From the NCBI GenBank assembly GCA_044356395.1, contig JBIKWI010000004.1:1-59357 (forward strand): DNA of 59,357 nucleotides, read 5' to 3'. The number at the start of each line of letters is the position of its first letter. Position 1 is the stretch's first letter. The stretch is from Tagaea sp. (GTDB lineage: Bacteria > Pseudomonadota > Alphaproteobacteria > CACIAM-22H2). Shown here in pieces: positions 32,438 through 43,277 of the stretch. Position numbers and translations under genes: made by a program. The notes beneath the pieces were generated by a model. The model did no database searches, was not told where the DNA came from, and worked only from the letters and a program-made list of their open reading frames with translations.

Positions 32438-33613
32438 TCAGCGCACCGCGCCGTCGAGGACCTTGCGCAGCGTCTCGATCTGGACGGTCAGGTCCTGCGG
32501 ATGGTTGCCCACGAAGAAGCCGCGGTCGTGCGCCAGCTCGGCATTCGGCACGCCGTTGCCGACGATGTCGTAGTCGTAATACTTGATCGTGTCGTGGCGC
32601 AGGAAGCAGCCGCCGGTGATGATCCGGAAGCCGATGTCGGCTTTCTTCAGGGTCGCGAATATCTTTTCGCGGTCGAGATCCTTTTTCGGATTCAGGATCA
32701 GCGTGAAACAGAAGGACGAGCTCTGCCCGTGCTCCTTCTGGATGATGAAATTCTCGTCGCCCGCGAAATGCTTCTGGAACAGCGCGAGATTCCTGCGCCG
32801 GGCCGCGGTCATCGCCGGCAGCTTCTTGAGCTGCTCGATGCCGACGGCGGCCTCCATCTCCAGCGGGCGCACGTTGTAGCCCGGGAACAGGAAGCGGTAG
32901 GCCTCGAAATGGTCGCTGGCGGTGCGCTTGAACAGCGGCGAGTCCGGCGGAATGTCGCGCGTCCAGCCGTGCGCGCGCATGCATTTGAGCAGATGGTAGA
33001 GCTCGAGGTCGTCGGTCAGCACCATCCCGCCTTCCATGGTCGAGATGTGGTGCGAAAAGAAGAAGCTGAACGTGTTGAGATCGCCGAGCGTACCGGCCTT
33101 GCGGCCCGAGGGCAGCACCGCATCCATGGATTCGCAGTTGTCTTCCATGAACCACAGGCCGTGCCTGTCGCAGAACGCGCGCATTTCATCGAGCTTGGCC
33201 GGATTGCCGAGGATCGAGACGGCAAGCAGTGCCTTGGTCTTCGGCGTGAGCGCCTGCTCGAGTTTCGAGACGTCCATGTTGAGCGTCTCGAGCTCGACGT
33301 CGACGAACCGGCACTTGAGGCCGTACTGCTGCAGCGGATGATAGGTCGTGCTCCACGAGATCGCCGGCACGATCACCTCGTCGCCGCGCGCCAGCGGACG
33401 CGACGAATGATAGGCGAGTGCCGCTATGCAGATCAGGTTCGCCGACGAACCCGAATTGACCATCACGCCGTACTTCTTGCCGTGATAGGCGGCGAAGGCC
33501 GCCTCCATCGCGGCGACCCGCTCGCCCATCGTGAAGCGGCCGGACGCGATGACGGACTGGAGCGCGTCGATCTCCTCCTGTCCCCAGGAAGGTGCGGCGA
33601 GTTCGTAGAACAT
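32438..33613 (-). CDS. DegT-family PLP enzyme, His-type (ColD-like NDP-4-keto-6-deoxyhexose 3-dehydratase)
   Basis: VNSGSSANL, EDNCESM and FSFFFSHHISTMEGGM, with His where the Schiff-base Lys normally sits. About 391 aa. Confidence 0.8.
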   Translation of the reverse strand: MFYELAAPSWGQEEIDALQSVIASGRFTMGERVAAMEAAFAAYHGKKYGVMVNSGSSANLICIAALAYHSSRPLARGDEVIVPAISWSTTYHPLQQYGLKCRFVDVELETLNMDVSKLEQALTPKTKALLAVSILGNPAKLDEMRAFCDRHGLWFMEDNCESMDAVLPSGRKAGTLGDLNTFSFFFSHHISTMEGGMVLTDDLELYHLLKCMRAHGWTRDIPPDSPLFKRTASDHFEAYRFLFPGYNVRPLEMEAAVGIEQLKKLPAMTAARRRNLALFQKHFAGDENFIIQKEHGQSSSFCFTLILNPKKDLDREKIFATLKKADIGFRIITGGCFLRHDTIKYYDYDIVGNGVPNAELAHDRGFFVGNHPQDLTVQIETLRKVLDGAVR

Positions 33614-34713
33614 CAGAAGGGACCCTTGAACTGGAGCTGGTAGGCGAGCTGCGCGCTCGACGGATCGGGCGCCCATGCGGCAGCGCCCGGACGCGCCAGC
33701 GCATGCGCTTCGGCCGCGATCGTCGCCGGGTTCGGATAGAACGCTGCTTCGAGGATCGGCGAGGGCGGGCAGGGCGTGGGCGAAAAGCCCATCCGGCGGA
33801 TCGTTACCGGCATGTCGCCGCAGGCCTCGGCGACGCGCGCGGCGATTTCCGCACCGGCGCCGCACATGTTCCAGCCGTTGTCGACGACCAGCAGCTTGCG
33901 CGTGCGGCGCACGCTTTCGACGATCGTGTCGCTGTCGAGCGGCGACAGCCAGATCGGGTCGATCACTTCGGCCGACACGCCGACTTCCTTGAGGAGCTCG
34001 GCGGCGCGCATCGCCTCGACGACCATGTTGGAAATGCCCACGACGGTCAAGTCGCGGCCCCACCGGCAGACGCGTGATCGGCCCGGCGGCACGACATAGG
34101 CGCCTTCGGCGACGAAGGCCTCGGTCGCATAGAGAAGGCGGTGCTCGACGAACATGACCGGGTTGTCGTCGCGGATCGCGGCGATCATGGCGCCCTTGGC
34201 GTCGTGCGCGTTCGACGGCGCGCAGACTTTGAGCCCCGGCACGTGCATGAACATCGAATGCAGGCCCTGGCTGTGCTGGGCGCCCTGCCCCCAGGATTTG
34301 CCGATGATGGAGCGCACGACCAGCGGCACCTTGACCTGGCCGCCGTACATGTAGCGGGCCTTGGCGGCGATGTTGACGAGCTGGTTCATGCACAGCATCA
34401 GGAAGTCCATGCGGATATGCACATGGATCGGCCGCATGCCGGCCATGGCCGCGCCGATGGCGACCCCCGTCATCGCGTCTTCCGACAGCGGCGTGGTGAA
34501 GACGCGGCCCGCGCCGAACTTCTCGAGCAGGCCGCGCGTGGAGCCCTGGATCGCCTTGTGATCGTCGACGTCGAGACCGAAAACGAACACGCTGGGATCG
34601 CGTGCCATCTCCAGCGCCACCGCCTCGGACAGCGCGTCGACATAGCGCAGCACGCGCCGCCCGTCTTCCACGCGCCCCGGCCAGACGAGCTTATGCGAAG
34701 ACATCGGTGACAA
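33613..34713 (-). CDS. TPP-dependent 2-oxoacid dehydrogenase E1 beta-like subunit
   Basis: TTPLSEDAMTGVAIGAAMAGMRP, GAQHSQ and DNPVMFVEHR. No lipoyl domain. The start may be 34704. Confidence 0.85.
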   Translation of the reverse strand: MSPMSSHKLVWPGRVEDGRRVLRYVDALSEAVALEMARDPSVFVFGLDVDDHKAIQGSTRGLLEKFGAGRVFTTPLSEDAMTGVAIGAAMAGMRPIHVHIRMDFLMLCMNQLVNIAAKARYMYGGQVKVPLVVRSIIGKSWGQGAQHSQGLHSMFMHVPGLKVCAPSNAHDAKGAMIAAIRDDNPVMFVEHRLLYATEAFVAEGAYVVPPGRSRVCRWGRDLTVVGISNMVVEAMRAAELLKEVGVSAEVIDPIWLSPLDSDTIVESVRRTRKLLVVDNGWNMCGAGAEIAARVAEACGDMPVTIRRMGFSPTPCPPSPILEAAFYPNPATIAAEAHALARPGAAAWAPDPSSAQLAYQLQFKGPF

Positions 34714-35665
34714 GCTCCTGGACGGCGGGGAACGGCGATTCTTCGGCGAACTTCACGGCGGCCGCGATCTCGGCTTCCACCGCCGCGTCGATCTTCGCGC
34801 GCACGGCGGCCGGCAGGGCCCGTGCCGCGATGGCGACCGGGTCCTTCTTCTGCCACTTCAGCAGCGTCGACCGGCTGCGGAATCCCGCGTCGTAGTCCTC
34901 GCCCGGCCCGACATGCTCGCGCCAGCGCCACGTCATGCATTCGAGGAAAATGGGGCCGCCGCCCTTGCGCATCTTCGGGAGCGCCTTGGCGACATGGGCG
35001 CGGATCGCCTTCGTGTCGGAATCGGCAAAGCGCTTCGTGGGAATGCCGTAGGTGGCCACGCGCGCGCAGATCCGGTCGGTCGCCTGGCGCTTGGAGATCG
35101 GTTCGTGGATCGCGAAGCCGTTGTTCTCGCACACGAAGATGACGGGCAGCTTGTGGAGCGCCGCGAAATTCAGGCTTTCCGGGAAGCAGCCTTCTTCGGT
35201 CGCGCCGTCGCCCATGAAGCAGGCGACGACCGCACCCGTCCCACGCATCTTCTGCGCCATCGCGTAGCCGACCGCGACAGGAACGGTGGTGCCGACGACG
35301 GCGGACGTTCCCAGCACGTTGGCCTTCATGTCGATCAGGTGCATCGAGCCGCCCTTGCCGCGCGCGCACCCGGTGTCCTTGCCGTAAAGTTCGGCCATCA
35401 TCGCGGGCAGCGAACCGCCCTTGGCAAGATACGTGGCATGGCCGCGATAGGTGCCGGAGACCGCATCGCGCGGCTCGAGCGGATCGCACACGCCGACCGC
35501 CACGCCCTCCTGGCCGATCGACAGATGGACCGGGCTCTTGATCTTGTCCGACGGGTAGATGCGCGCGACTTCCTCTTCGGCGCGCCGGATGCGCCGCAAG
35601 GCGGCGTAAAGACGCTCGGCATCCGTCCCTGTGCTTCGCGGTTTTTTGGCTTGTCTGGCCGCCAT
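34691..35665 (-). CDS. TPP-dependent dehydrogenase E1 alpha-like subunit
   Basis: HLSIGQEG, GKGGSMH, TPP motif GDGATEEG…FVCENN and WREHVGP. Confidence 0.88.
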   Translation of the reverse strand: MAARQAKKPRSTGTDAERLYAALRRIRRAEEEVARIYPSDKIKSPVHLSIGQEGVAVGVCDPLEPRDAVSGTYRGHATYLAKGGSLPAMMAELYGKDTGCARGKGGSMHLIDMKANVLGTSAVVGTTVPVAVGYAMAQKMRGTGAVVACFMGDGATEEGCFPESLNFAALHKLPVIFVCENNGFAIHEPISKRQATDRICARVATYGIPTKRFADSDTKAIRAHVAKALPKMRKGGGPIFLECMTWRWREHVGPGEDYDAGFRSRSTLLKWQKKDPVAIAARALPAAVRAKIDAAVEAEIAAAVKFAEESPFPAVQELVTDVFA

Positions 35666-35761
35666 GGAATCCGGTCTTTCGCGCGGGGAATGCAAGGCCC
35701 GACTCGGGGCGTGTCGGACGATATTGGCGGGAGGGTGCCCCCCGGATCAAGTGCGGCCGGC

Positions 35762-36235
35762 CTACGCCCGATGATAGGGGTGTCCCGCGAGGATCGAGGC
35801 CGCCCGCCACAGCTGTTCGGCCAGCATGGCGCGGGCAAGCAGATGGGGCCAGGTCATCGAACCGAGCGACAGCCGGAAGCGCGCTTCGGCGACCAGCGCT
35901 TCGTCAAGCCCGTCGGCGCCGCCGATGACGAAAGCCAGCGTGCCGGTCGACTCGTCGCGCCACCGCGCGAGCTGGCGGGCGAAATCTTCGGTGGAAAGCG
36001 GCTTGCCGCGCGGATCGAGCACGACCGTCAGCGCCCCGTCGGGGATCTGGGCACGCAGCTTGCCGGCTTCCTCGGTCTTGCGGGAAGCAGGCGTCTTCGA
36101 TTTCGTCTCGACTTCCCGGCATTCGAGCGGGCCGATTCCGGCCGGGGCGGTTTTCAGGCGCTTCGCGTACTCGGCGAACAGCGCGTCTTCCGGCGTGCCG
36201 CGCGCGCGTCCCGCCGCGACCACGAATATCCGCAT
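35762..36235 (-). CDS. rlmH: 23S rRNA (pseudouridine1915-N3)-methyltransferase
   Basis: LDPRGK, FVIGGADG, SMTWPHLLAR, EQLWRA and GHPYHR. Confidence 0.93.
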   Translation of the reverse strand: MRIFVVAAGRARGTPEDALFAEYAKRLKTAPAGIGPLECREVETKSKTPASRKTEEAGKLRAQIPDGALTVVLDPRGKPLSTEDFARQLARWRDESTGTLAFVIGGADGLDEALVAEARFRLSLGSMTWPHLLARAMLAEQLWRAASILAGHPYHRA

Positions 36236-36278
36236 CTGCTTCGCCGGCTCCCGCCTTCCCGGCGGGCGCCGCCTTTCC

Positions 36279-36656
36279 TCAGGCCTGTGCGACCGCCAGT
36301 TCGTCCCAGCTGTCGGCCCACATCTTCTCGAGGCCGTAGAGGGCACGCACTTCGGGCCTGAAGAGGTGGACGACGATATCGCCGCCGTCGATGAGCACCC
36401 AGTCGCCCTGGTCGGCACCCTCGATCCGGATGCTCTTCAGGCCCTTGGATTCCAGCTTCTCGACGACGTGCTGGGCCATGGACTGGATGTGGCGGCTGGA
36501 AAGGCCGCTGGCGACGATCATGTAGTCGGCCATCGAGCTCTTGCCGGCGAGGTCGATGACGACGGGATCCGTTGCCTTGTCGTCGTCGAGCGTTTTTTCG
36601 ACGAGTTTGAGGACCGTTTTGGGCGCGGATACGGTCTTGCGCTTTGCTGTGGCGAT
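36279..36656 (-). CDS. rsfS: Ribosome silencing factor (Iojap); start uncertain (ATC at 36656 or GTG at 36704)
   Basis: LDDDKA…IDL, ADYMIVASG, WVLIDGGDIVVHLF and YGLEKMW. Conserved nadD-rsfS-rlmH order. Confidence 0.9.
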   Translation of the reverse strand: MATAKRKTVSAPKTVLKLVEKTLDDDKATDPVVIDLAGKSSMADYMIVASGLSSRHIQSMAQHVVEKLESKGLKSIRIEGADQGDWVLIDGGDIVVHLFRPEVRALYGLEKMWADSWDELAVAQA

Positions 36657-36700
36657 CGCGTGTCTCCCGGGGCTGAAGTATGTCGGTAAACGGAGCGAAC

Positions 36701-37348
36701 TCACTTGTCGGGCCTGGTGCCTGGCGTGCCGCCGAACCAGTCCTTGCGGACGGCGCGGATGCGCGTCGCGGAGGCCGGATGCAGCCGGACGGGAAAGAAC
36801 GTCCAGGCCGGCGGCGCGAGTGTTGCCAGGCGTCGGACCCGTCGGGGTCCGACCCGGGCTGTGGAAAACGCCCGCGCCGCCTTTCCGGCCAATGCTTTGG
36901 TAGAATACGCCGGTCGTGCGAACACGGCAATGACCATCGTGCGAAAGATCGATGACCATCGTCCCCAGCGGTGGATCTGGCCCAGATTGTCCGCCCCCAT
37001 GATCCAGACGAACTGCGTGCGGCGGAATCGCCGGCGGCAGGCGGCGAGCGTGTCGGCCGTATAGCGGGTCCCCAGCCAGCTTTCGAGCGCCACGGCCTTC
37101 AGGCGCGGATCGCGTCCGCAGACACCAACCGTGCTGGCGAGGCGCGCTTGAAGCGGCGCCATGCCGGCTTCTGCCTTAAGCGGGTTCTGCGGGCTGACGA
37201 GGAGCCATACCTCGTCGAGTGCAAGCCGCTTCAGCGCCTCGCGCGCGATATGCGCGTGCCCTTCATGGGCCGGATTGAACGAGCCGCCGAACAAGCCGAT
37301 GCGCCGCTTGGGTGAAACGCCCAGACGATGGAGCGGAGGTGCAATCAA
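36701..37348 (-). CDS. nadD: Nicotinate-nucleotide adenylyltransferase
   Basis: IGLFGGSFNPAHEGH, VSPQNPLK, WIMGADNL and SATRIR. TTG start overlaps the proA stop. Confidence 0.9.
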   Translation of the reverse strand: MIAPPLHRLGVSPKRRIGLFGGSFNPAHEGHAHIAREALKRLALDEVWLLVSPQNPLKAEAGMAPLQARLASTVGVCGRDPRLKAVALESWLGTRYTADTLAACRRRFRRTQFVWIMGADNLGQIHRWGRWSSIFRTMVIAVFARPAYSTKALAGKAARAFSTARVGPRRVRRLATLAPPAWTFFPVRLHPASATRIRAVRKDWFGGTPGTRPDK

Positions 37349-38640
37349 GGGCGCGTCTGGCCCGCGCCGCGCACGACGTACTTGTAGGTCGTGAGCTGTT
37401 CGGCACCGACCGGCCCGCGCGGCGGCAGACGACCGGTCGATATGCCGATCTCGGCGCCGAAACCGAACTCGGCGCCGTCGGCGTACTGGGTCGATGCATT
37501 GTGCAGCACGATCGCCGAATCGACGCGCGCGAGGAACTGCTCGGCCGCCGCCGGATCGCCCGCGACGATCGCGTCGGTGTGATGCGAGCCGTAGGTATTG
37601 ATGTGGCCGATCGCCGCGTCGATCCCGTCGACGATCTTCACGGCAAGGATCGCGTCGAGATACTCGGTCGTCCAGTCGGCTTCGACAGCGGGGACCACGC
37701 GCCGGTCGATCTTCTGCACGTCGCCGTCGCCGCGGATCTCGCAGCCGGCGGCGAACAGGTCTTCGAGGATCGCGGGCAGATGCGTCGGCGCAGCCGCCCG
37801 GTCGATCAGCAGCGTTTCGGTCGCCCCGCACACCGACACGCGCCGCATCTTCGCGTTCATCGTCACCTTGCGCGCCATCTCGATGTCGGCCGATTCGTGG
37901 ACATAGGTGTGGCAGAGGCCTTCCAGATGCGCAATCACGGGAATGCGCGATTCCCGCATCACGCGCTCGATCAGCGACCGGCCGCCGCGCGGCACGATCG
38001 TGTCGACATGCTGGTGCATGGCGAGCAGGTGCCCGACAGCTGCGCGGTCGCGCGTCGGGATCAGCTGGATCGCGTCGTCCGGCAGGTCGTGCGCGGCCAG
38101 CGCACCCCGGATCGCCGCGACGATGACCTGCGAGGAAAGGAAGCTCTCCTGCCCGCCGCGCAGGATCGCCGCGTTGCCCGACTTGATGCACAGGGCCCCC
38201 GCGTCGGCGGTCACGTTGGGGCGGGCTTCGTAGATGATGCCGATAACGCCGATGGGAACCGCGACGCGGCTGATGAGCAGGCCGTTGGGCCGCGTCCAGC
38301 CCTGCAGGATCGAGCCGACCGGATCGGGAAGGGCCGCGACGTCCTCGAGGCCGCGCGCGATCGCGTCGATGCGCTTGGGATCGAGCCGCGTGCGGTCGAC
38401 CATCGCGGCCGAGTTGCCGGCATCGACCGCGAAGGCGACGTCGGCGGCGTTTGCATCGAGCAGGTCCTGCGTGGCGGCGCGCAACCGGTCGGCAGCACTC
38501 CGAAGGGCGGCACTCTTGCGTTTGGCGGGTGCCACGGCGAGCAGGCGGGCGGCCGCGCGCGCGCGGGCACCCATCGCTTCGATCGCGGCCTTCAGTTCCG
38601 TTTCGGCGGTCGTATCCTGCATCGCGGCGGGGGCCTTCAT
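37345..38640 (-). CDS. proA: Glutamate-5-semialdehyde dehydrogenase
   Basis: PIGVIGIIYEARPNVT, KSGNAAILRGG, VCGATETLL and GFGAEIGISTG. Confidence 0.95.
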   Translation of the reverse strand: MKAPAAMQDTTAETELKAAIEAMGARARAAARLLAVAPAKRKSAALRSAADRLRAATQDLLDANAADVAFAVDAGNSAAMVDRTRLDPKRIDAIARGLEDVAALPDPVGSILQGWTRPNGLLISRVAVPIGVIGIIYEARPNVTADAGALCIKSGNAAILRGGQESFLSSQVIVAAIRGALAAHDLPDDAIQLIPTRDRAAVGHLLAMHQHVDTIVPRGGRSLIERVMRESRIPVIAHLEGLCHTYVHESADIEMARKVTMNAKMRRVSVCGATETLLIDRAAAPTHLPAILEDLFAAGCEIRGDGDVQKIDRRVVPAVEADWTTEYLDAILAVKIVDGIDAAIGHINTYGSHHTDAIVAGDPAAAEQFLARVDSAIVLHNASTQYADGAEFGFGAEIGISTGRLPPRGPVGAEQLTTYKYVVRGAGQTRP

Positions 38641-38681
38641 CGCGTTCGTTCCATCCTATCCTGTCCGGCGCAATCCGGCGA

Positions 38682-41210
<2,529 letters not shown>

Positions 41211-41222
41211 GCTGCGATCTCC

Positions 41223-41537
41223 TCAGGCGACCTTGATGTCGACGATCCGCAGCGTCGTCTCGGGCTGGCGGTGCCCGTTCTTGCGGCGGTAGTTCTGGCG
41301 GCGGCGCTTCTTGAAGACGATGATCTTCTCGCCCTTGCCCTGCGCCAGCACGGTCGCGGTGACCGTGGCGCCCTTGATCGTCGGGCTGCCCAGCGTGGCC
41401 TTGGCGCCATCGGTGACCATCAGCACGTCGCCCAGTTCGACCGTCTTGCCGGCCTCGGCTTCGAGCTTCTCGACGACAATGACGTCGTTCTTGGCGACCT
41501 TGTACTGCTTGCCGCCCGTGCGAATGACTGCGTACAT
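41223..41537 (-). CDS. rplU: 50S ribosomal protein L21
   Basis: [14 protein letters not shown] and [17 protein letters not shown]. Confidence 0.98.
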   Translation of the reverse strand: MYAVIRTGGKQYKVAKNDVIVVEKLEAEAGKTVELGDVLMVTDGAKATLGSPTIKGATVTATVLAQGKGEKIIVFKKRRRQNYRRKNGHRQPETTLRIVDIKVA

Positions 41538-41645
41538 CTTTTGGTACCCCCGGGTCCTTTCGGCCTCAACCCTTTGAAAAGCCGAGGAAACCCGCAAATG
41601 AGAATCGCCGCGGAAGCCGAACGGGCCCCCGGACGAAGAGCGCGC

Positions 41646-41673
41646 AATATACTTACCGCGCTCGCCCTGTCAA
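41646..41673 (-). promoter_or_regulatory. sigma70 promoter TTGACA-N16-TATATT for rplU-rpmA
   Basis: Consensus -35 and near-consensus -10 on the minus strand, about 110 nt upstream of rplU. Confidence 0.7.
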
Positions 41674-41769
41674 GCGGCGCCCGGGCCGGGCCGAAAGACG
41701 GGAATTTCCCGCGAATTCCAGAGGCTTTGGCGTGACGGGCCGGGAGGCCCCTGCTAAACCGCCCGGACC

Positions 41770-42813
41770 ATGAGCCGCTCCGCCGATTCGTCCGACCGGA
41801 AATGGTCCCGACTTGCCTTGCGCTGGGCCTGGGTCCCGGTCACGGCGATTGCCGTCGCCATCCTCGTGCGCGTCGTCGATCTTGAGCGCGTCGGCGACGA
41901 GCTGGTCACGGCCGATCCGTGGCGCATCGGCGCGATGCTTGCGACCTGGCTCTGCTGGCTGGCCTTGCGCCCGGTGCGCATGCGCATGCTGCTCGCAGCG
42001 ACCGCGCCGCACACGCCGGTCAGCTACAACGAGGCGTTCGGCGCGCATGCGCTCGGCAACGCGCTCAACGGCCTGCTGCCGATGCGGGCGGGCGAGTTCG
42101 CGATGCTGTGGGTGCTGAACCGGCGCGCGCACGTGCCCGCCGCCAATGCCCTGTCGGCCGTGGTTCTCGATCGCCTGTGCGATCTTGCCGGCGCCATCTG
42201 CCTGCTCGGCGTGGCGATCCTTGCCCTTCCGTCGCGCCCGCAGTCGGTCGTGGACGGACTGGCTGTGGTCACGGCGACCGTACTGCTGGGCGTGGGAATG
42301 CTGGTGCTGGCGGTAAGGATGCGAAGCTTCGCGGTGCTGCTGGTCGGCCGGCTCCTGCCCCGGCGCTGGCACGGCAAAATCCTGCCGCGGCTCGATGCGC
42401 TCCTGACGGGACTGTCGGTGCTCGCGCGGCCGGCCGTGCTGCTGCGTGCCGTCGTCCTGACGGCGGCCATCTGGACCGTCACGGCGACGTCGTTCACATT
42501 CGGAATCGGCGCCGTCTGGCCCGAGGTCGGGCTTGCGACGGGCGCCTTTACCGTCGGCATCACGGCGCTGGCGTTCCTGGTGCCTGCGGCTCCCGGCGGC
42601 GTGGGCATCTTCCACGCGGCGATCGTCTTCGCCCTGTCGTTCTTTGCGGTCCCGGCGGAGGCAGCACTGGCGTTCGCGTTGCTGACCCACGCGCTGACGC
42701 TGGTGACCGGTCTGGCAGTCGCGGGCCTGTGGACGCTGTACAACGGCCTCGATCCCCGCCAGATCGCCCGCGACCGGGCGACGGATGACGGACAGACGGG
42801 TCATCCCCCCTGA
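41770..42813 (+). CDS. Lysylphosphatidylglycerol synthase TM-domain (UPF0104, flippase-like) membrane protein
   Basis: Polytopic protein with NGLLPMRAGE, VVLDRLCD and VPAAPGGVGIFH motifs. Confidence 0.8.
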   Translation: MSRSADSSDRKWSRLALRWAWVPVTAIAVAILVRVVDLERVGDELVTADPWRIGAMLATWLCWLALRPVRMRMLLAATAPHTPVSYNEAFGAHALGNALNGLLPMRAGEFAMLWVLNRRAHVPAANALSAVVLDRLCDLAGAICLLGVAILALPSRPQSVVDGLAVVTATVLLGVGMLVLAVRMRSFAVLLVGRLLPRRWHGKILPRLDALLTGLSVLARPAVLLRAVVLTAAIWTVTATSFTFGIGAVWPEVGLATGAFTVGITALAFLVPAAPGGVGIFHAAIVFALSFFAVPAEAALAFALLTHALTLVTGLAVAGLWTLYNGLDPRQIARDRATDDGQTGHPP

Positions 42814-42884
42814 GCGACCGGCCCGGACTTGCGCGGCGGCCCGTTTGGCGATAGCTTCCGCGCCCTTCGACAGCCGGATCGTGC

Positions 42885-42974
42885 GGACAGGTGGCCGAGT
42901 GGCTGAAGGCGTCAGTCTCGAAAACTGAAATACCGGCAACGGTATCGTGAGTTCGAATCTCACCCTGTCCGCCA
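42885..42974 (+). tRNA. tRNA-Ser(CGA)
   Basis: GGACAGG/CCTGTCC acceptor stem with encoded GCCA end, anticodon arm TCAGT-CT-CGA-AA-ACTGA, long variable arm and GTTCGAATC T-loop. Confidence 0.97.
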
Positions 42975-43042
42975 TTCGTCGCATCCGGTACCCCGGCGCT
43001 TGCAAATGCGCCGGGCTGCAGCCACCGCTCCGGAGAGTTCAC

Positions 43043-43276
43043 ATGCGCCGTACCGCCCTCGTCCTGGTCGCAAGCTCGGCCCTTCTGCTTGGCGGCTGCA
43101 GCGGGTTGACGCGCCAGCAGAGCTTCATCGGCGGGGGTGCTGCCGTCGGCGCGACCATCGGGGCGCTGACGACGGGCGGGACCGGCACACTGCAGGGGGC
43201 CGCCATCGGTGCCGCGGTCGGCGGCGTGGGCGGCTATGTCGTCGACCGCTTCTGGCGGCCGGCGGGGCCACGCTAG
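43043..43276 (+). CDS. Small glycine-zipper lipoprotein (OsmB-like)
   Basis: GGAG SD, lipobox LGGC and two glycine-zipper segments (GGGAAVGATIG, GAAIGAAVGGVGG). Confidence 0.75.
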   Translation: MRRTALVLVASSALLLGGCSGLTRQQSFIGGGAAVGATIGALTTGGTGTLQGAAIGAAVGGVGGYVVDRFWRPAGPR

Positions 43277-43277
43277 C

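Noticed and set aside
33613-35665. Calling the E1 alpha/beta pair pdhA/pdhB or acoA/acoB
   Set aside because: No E2, E3 or lipoyl domain is present, and the context is nucleotide-sugar biosynthesis.
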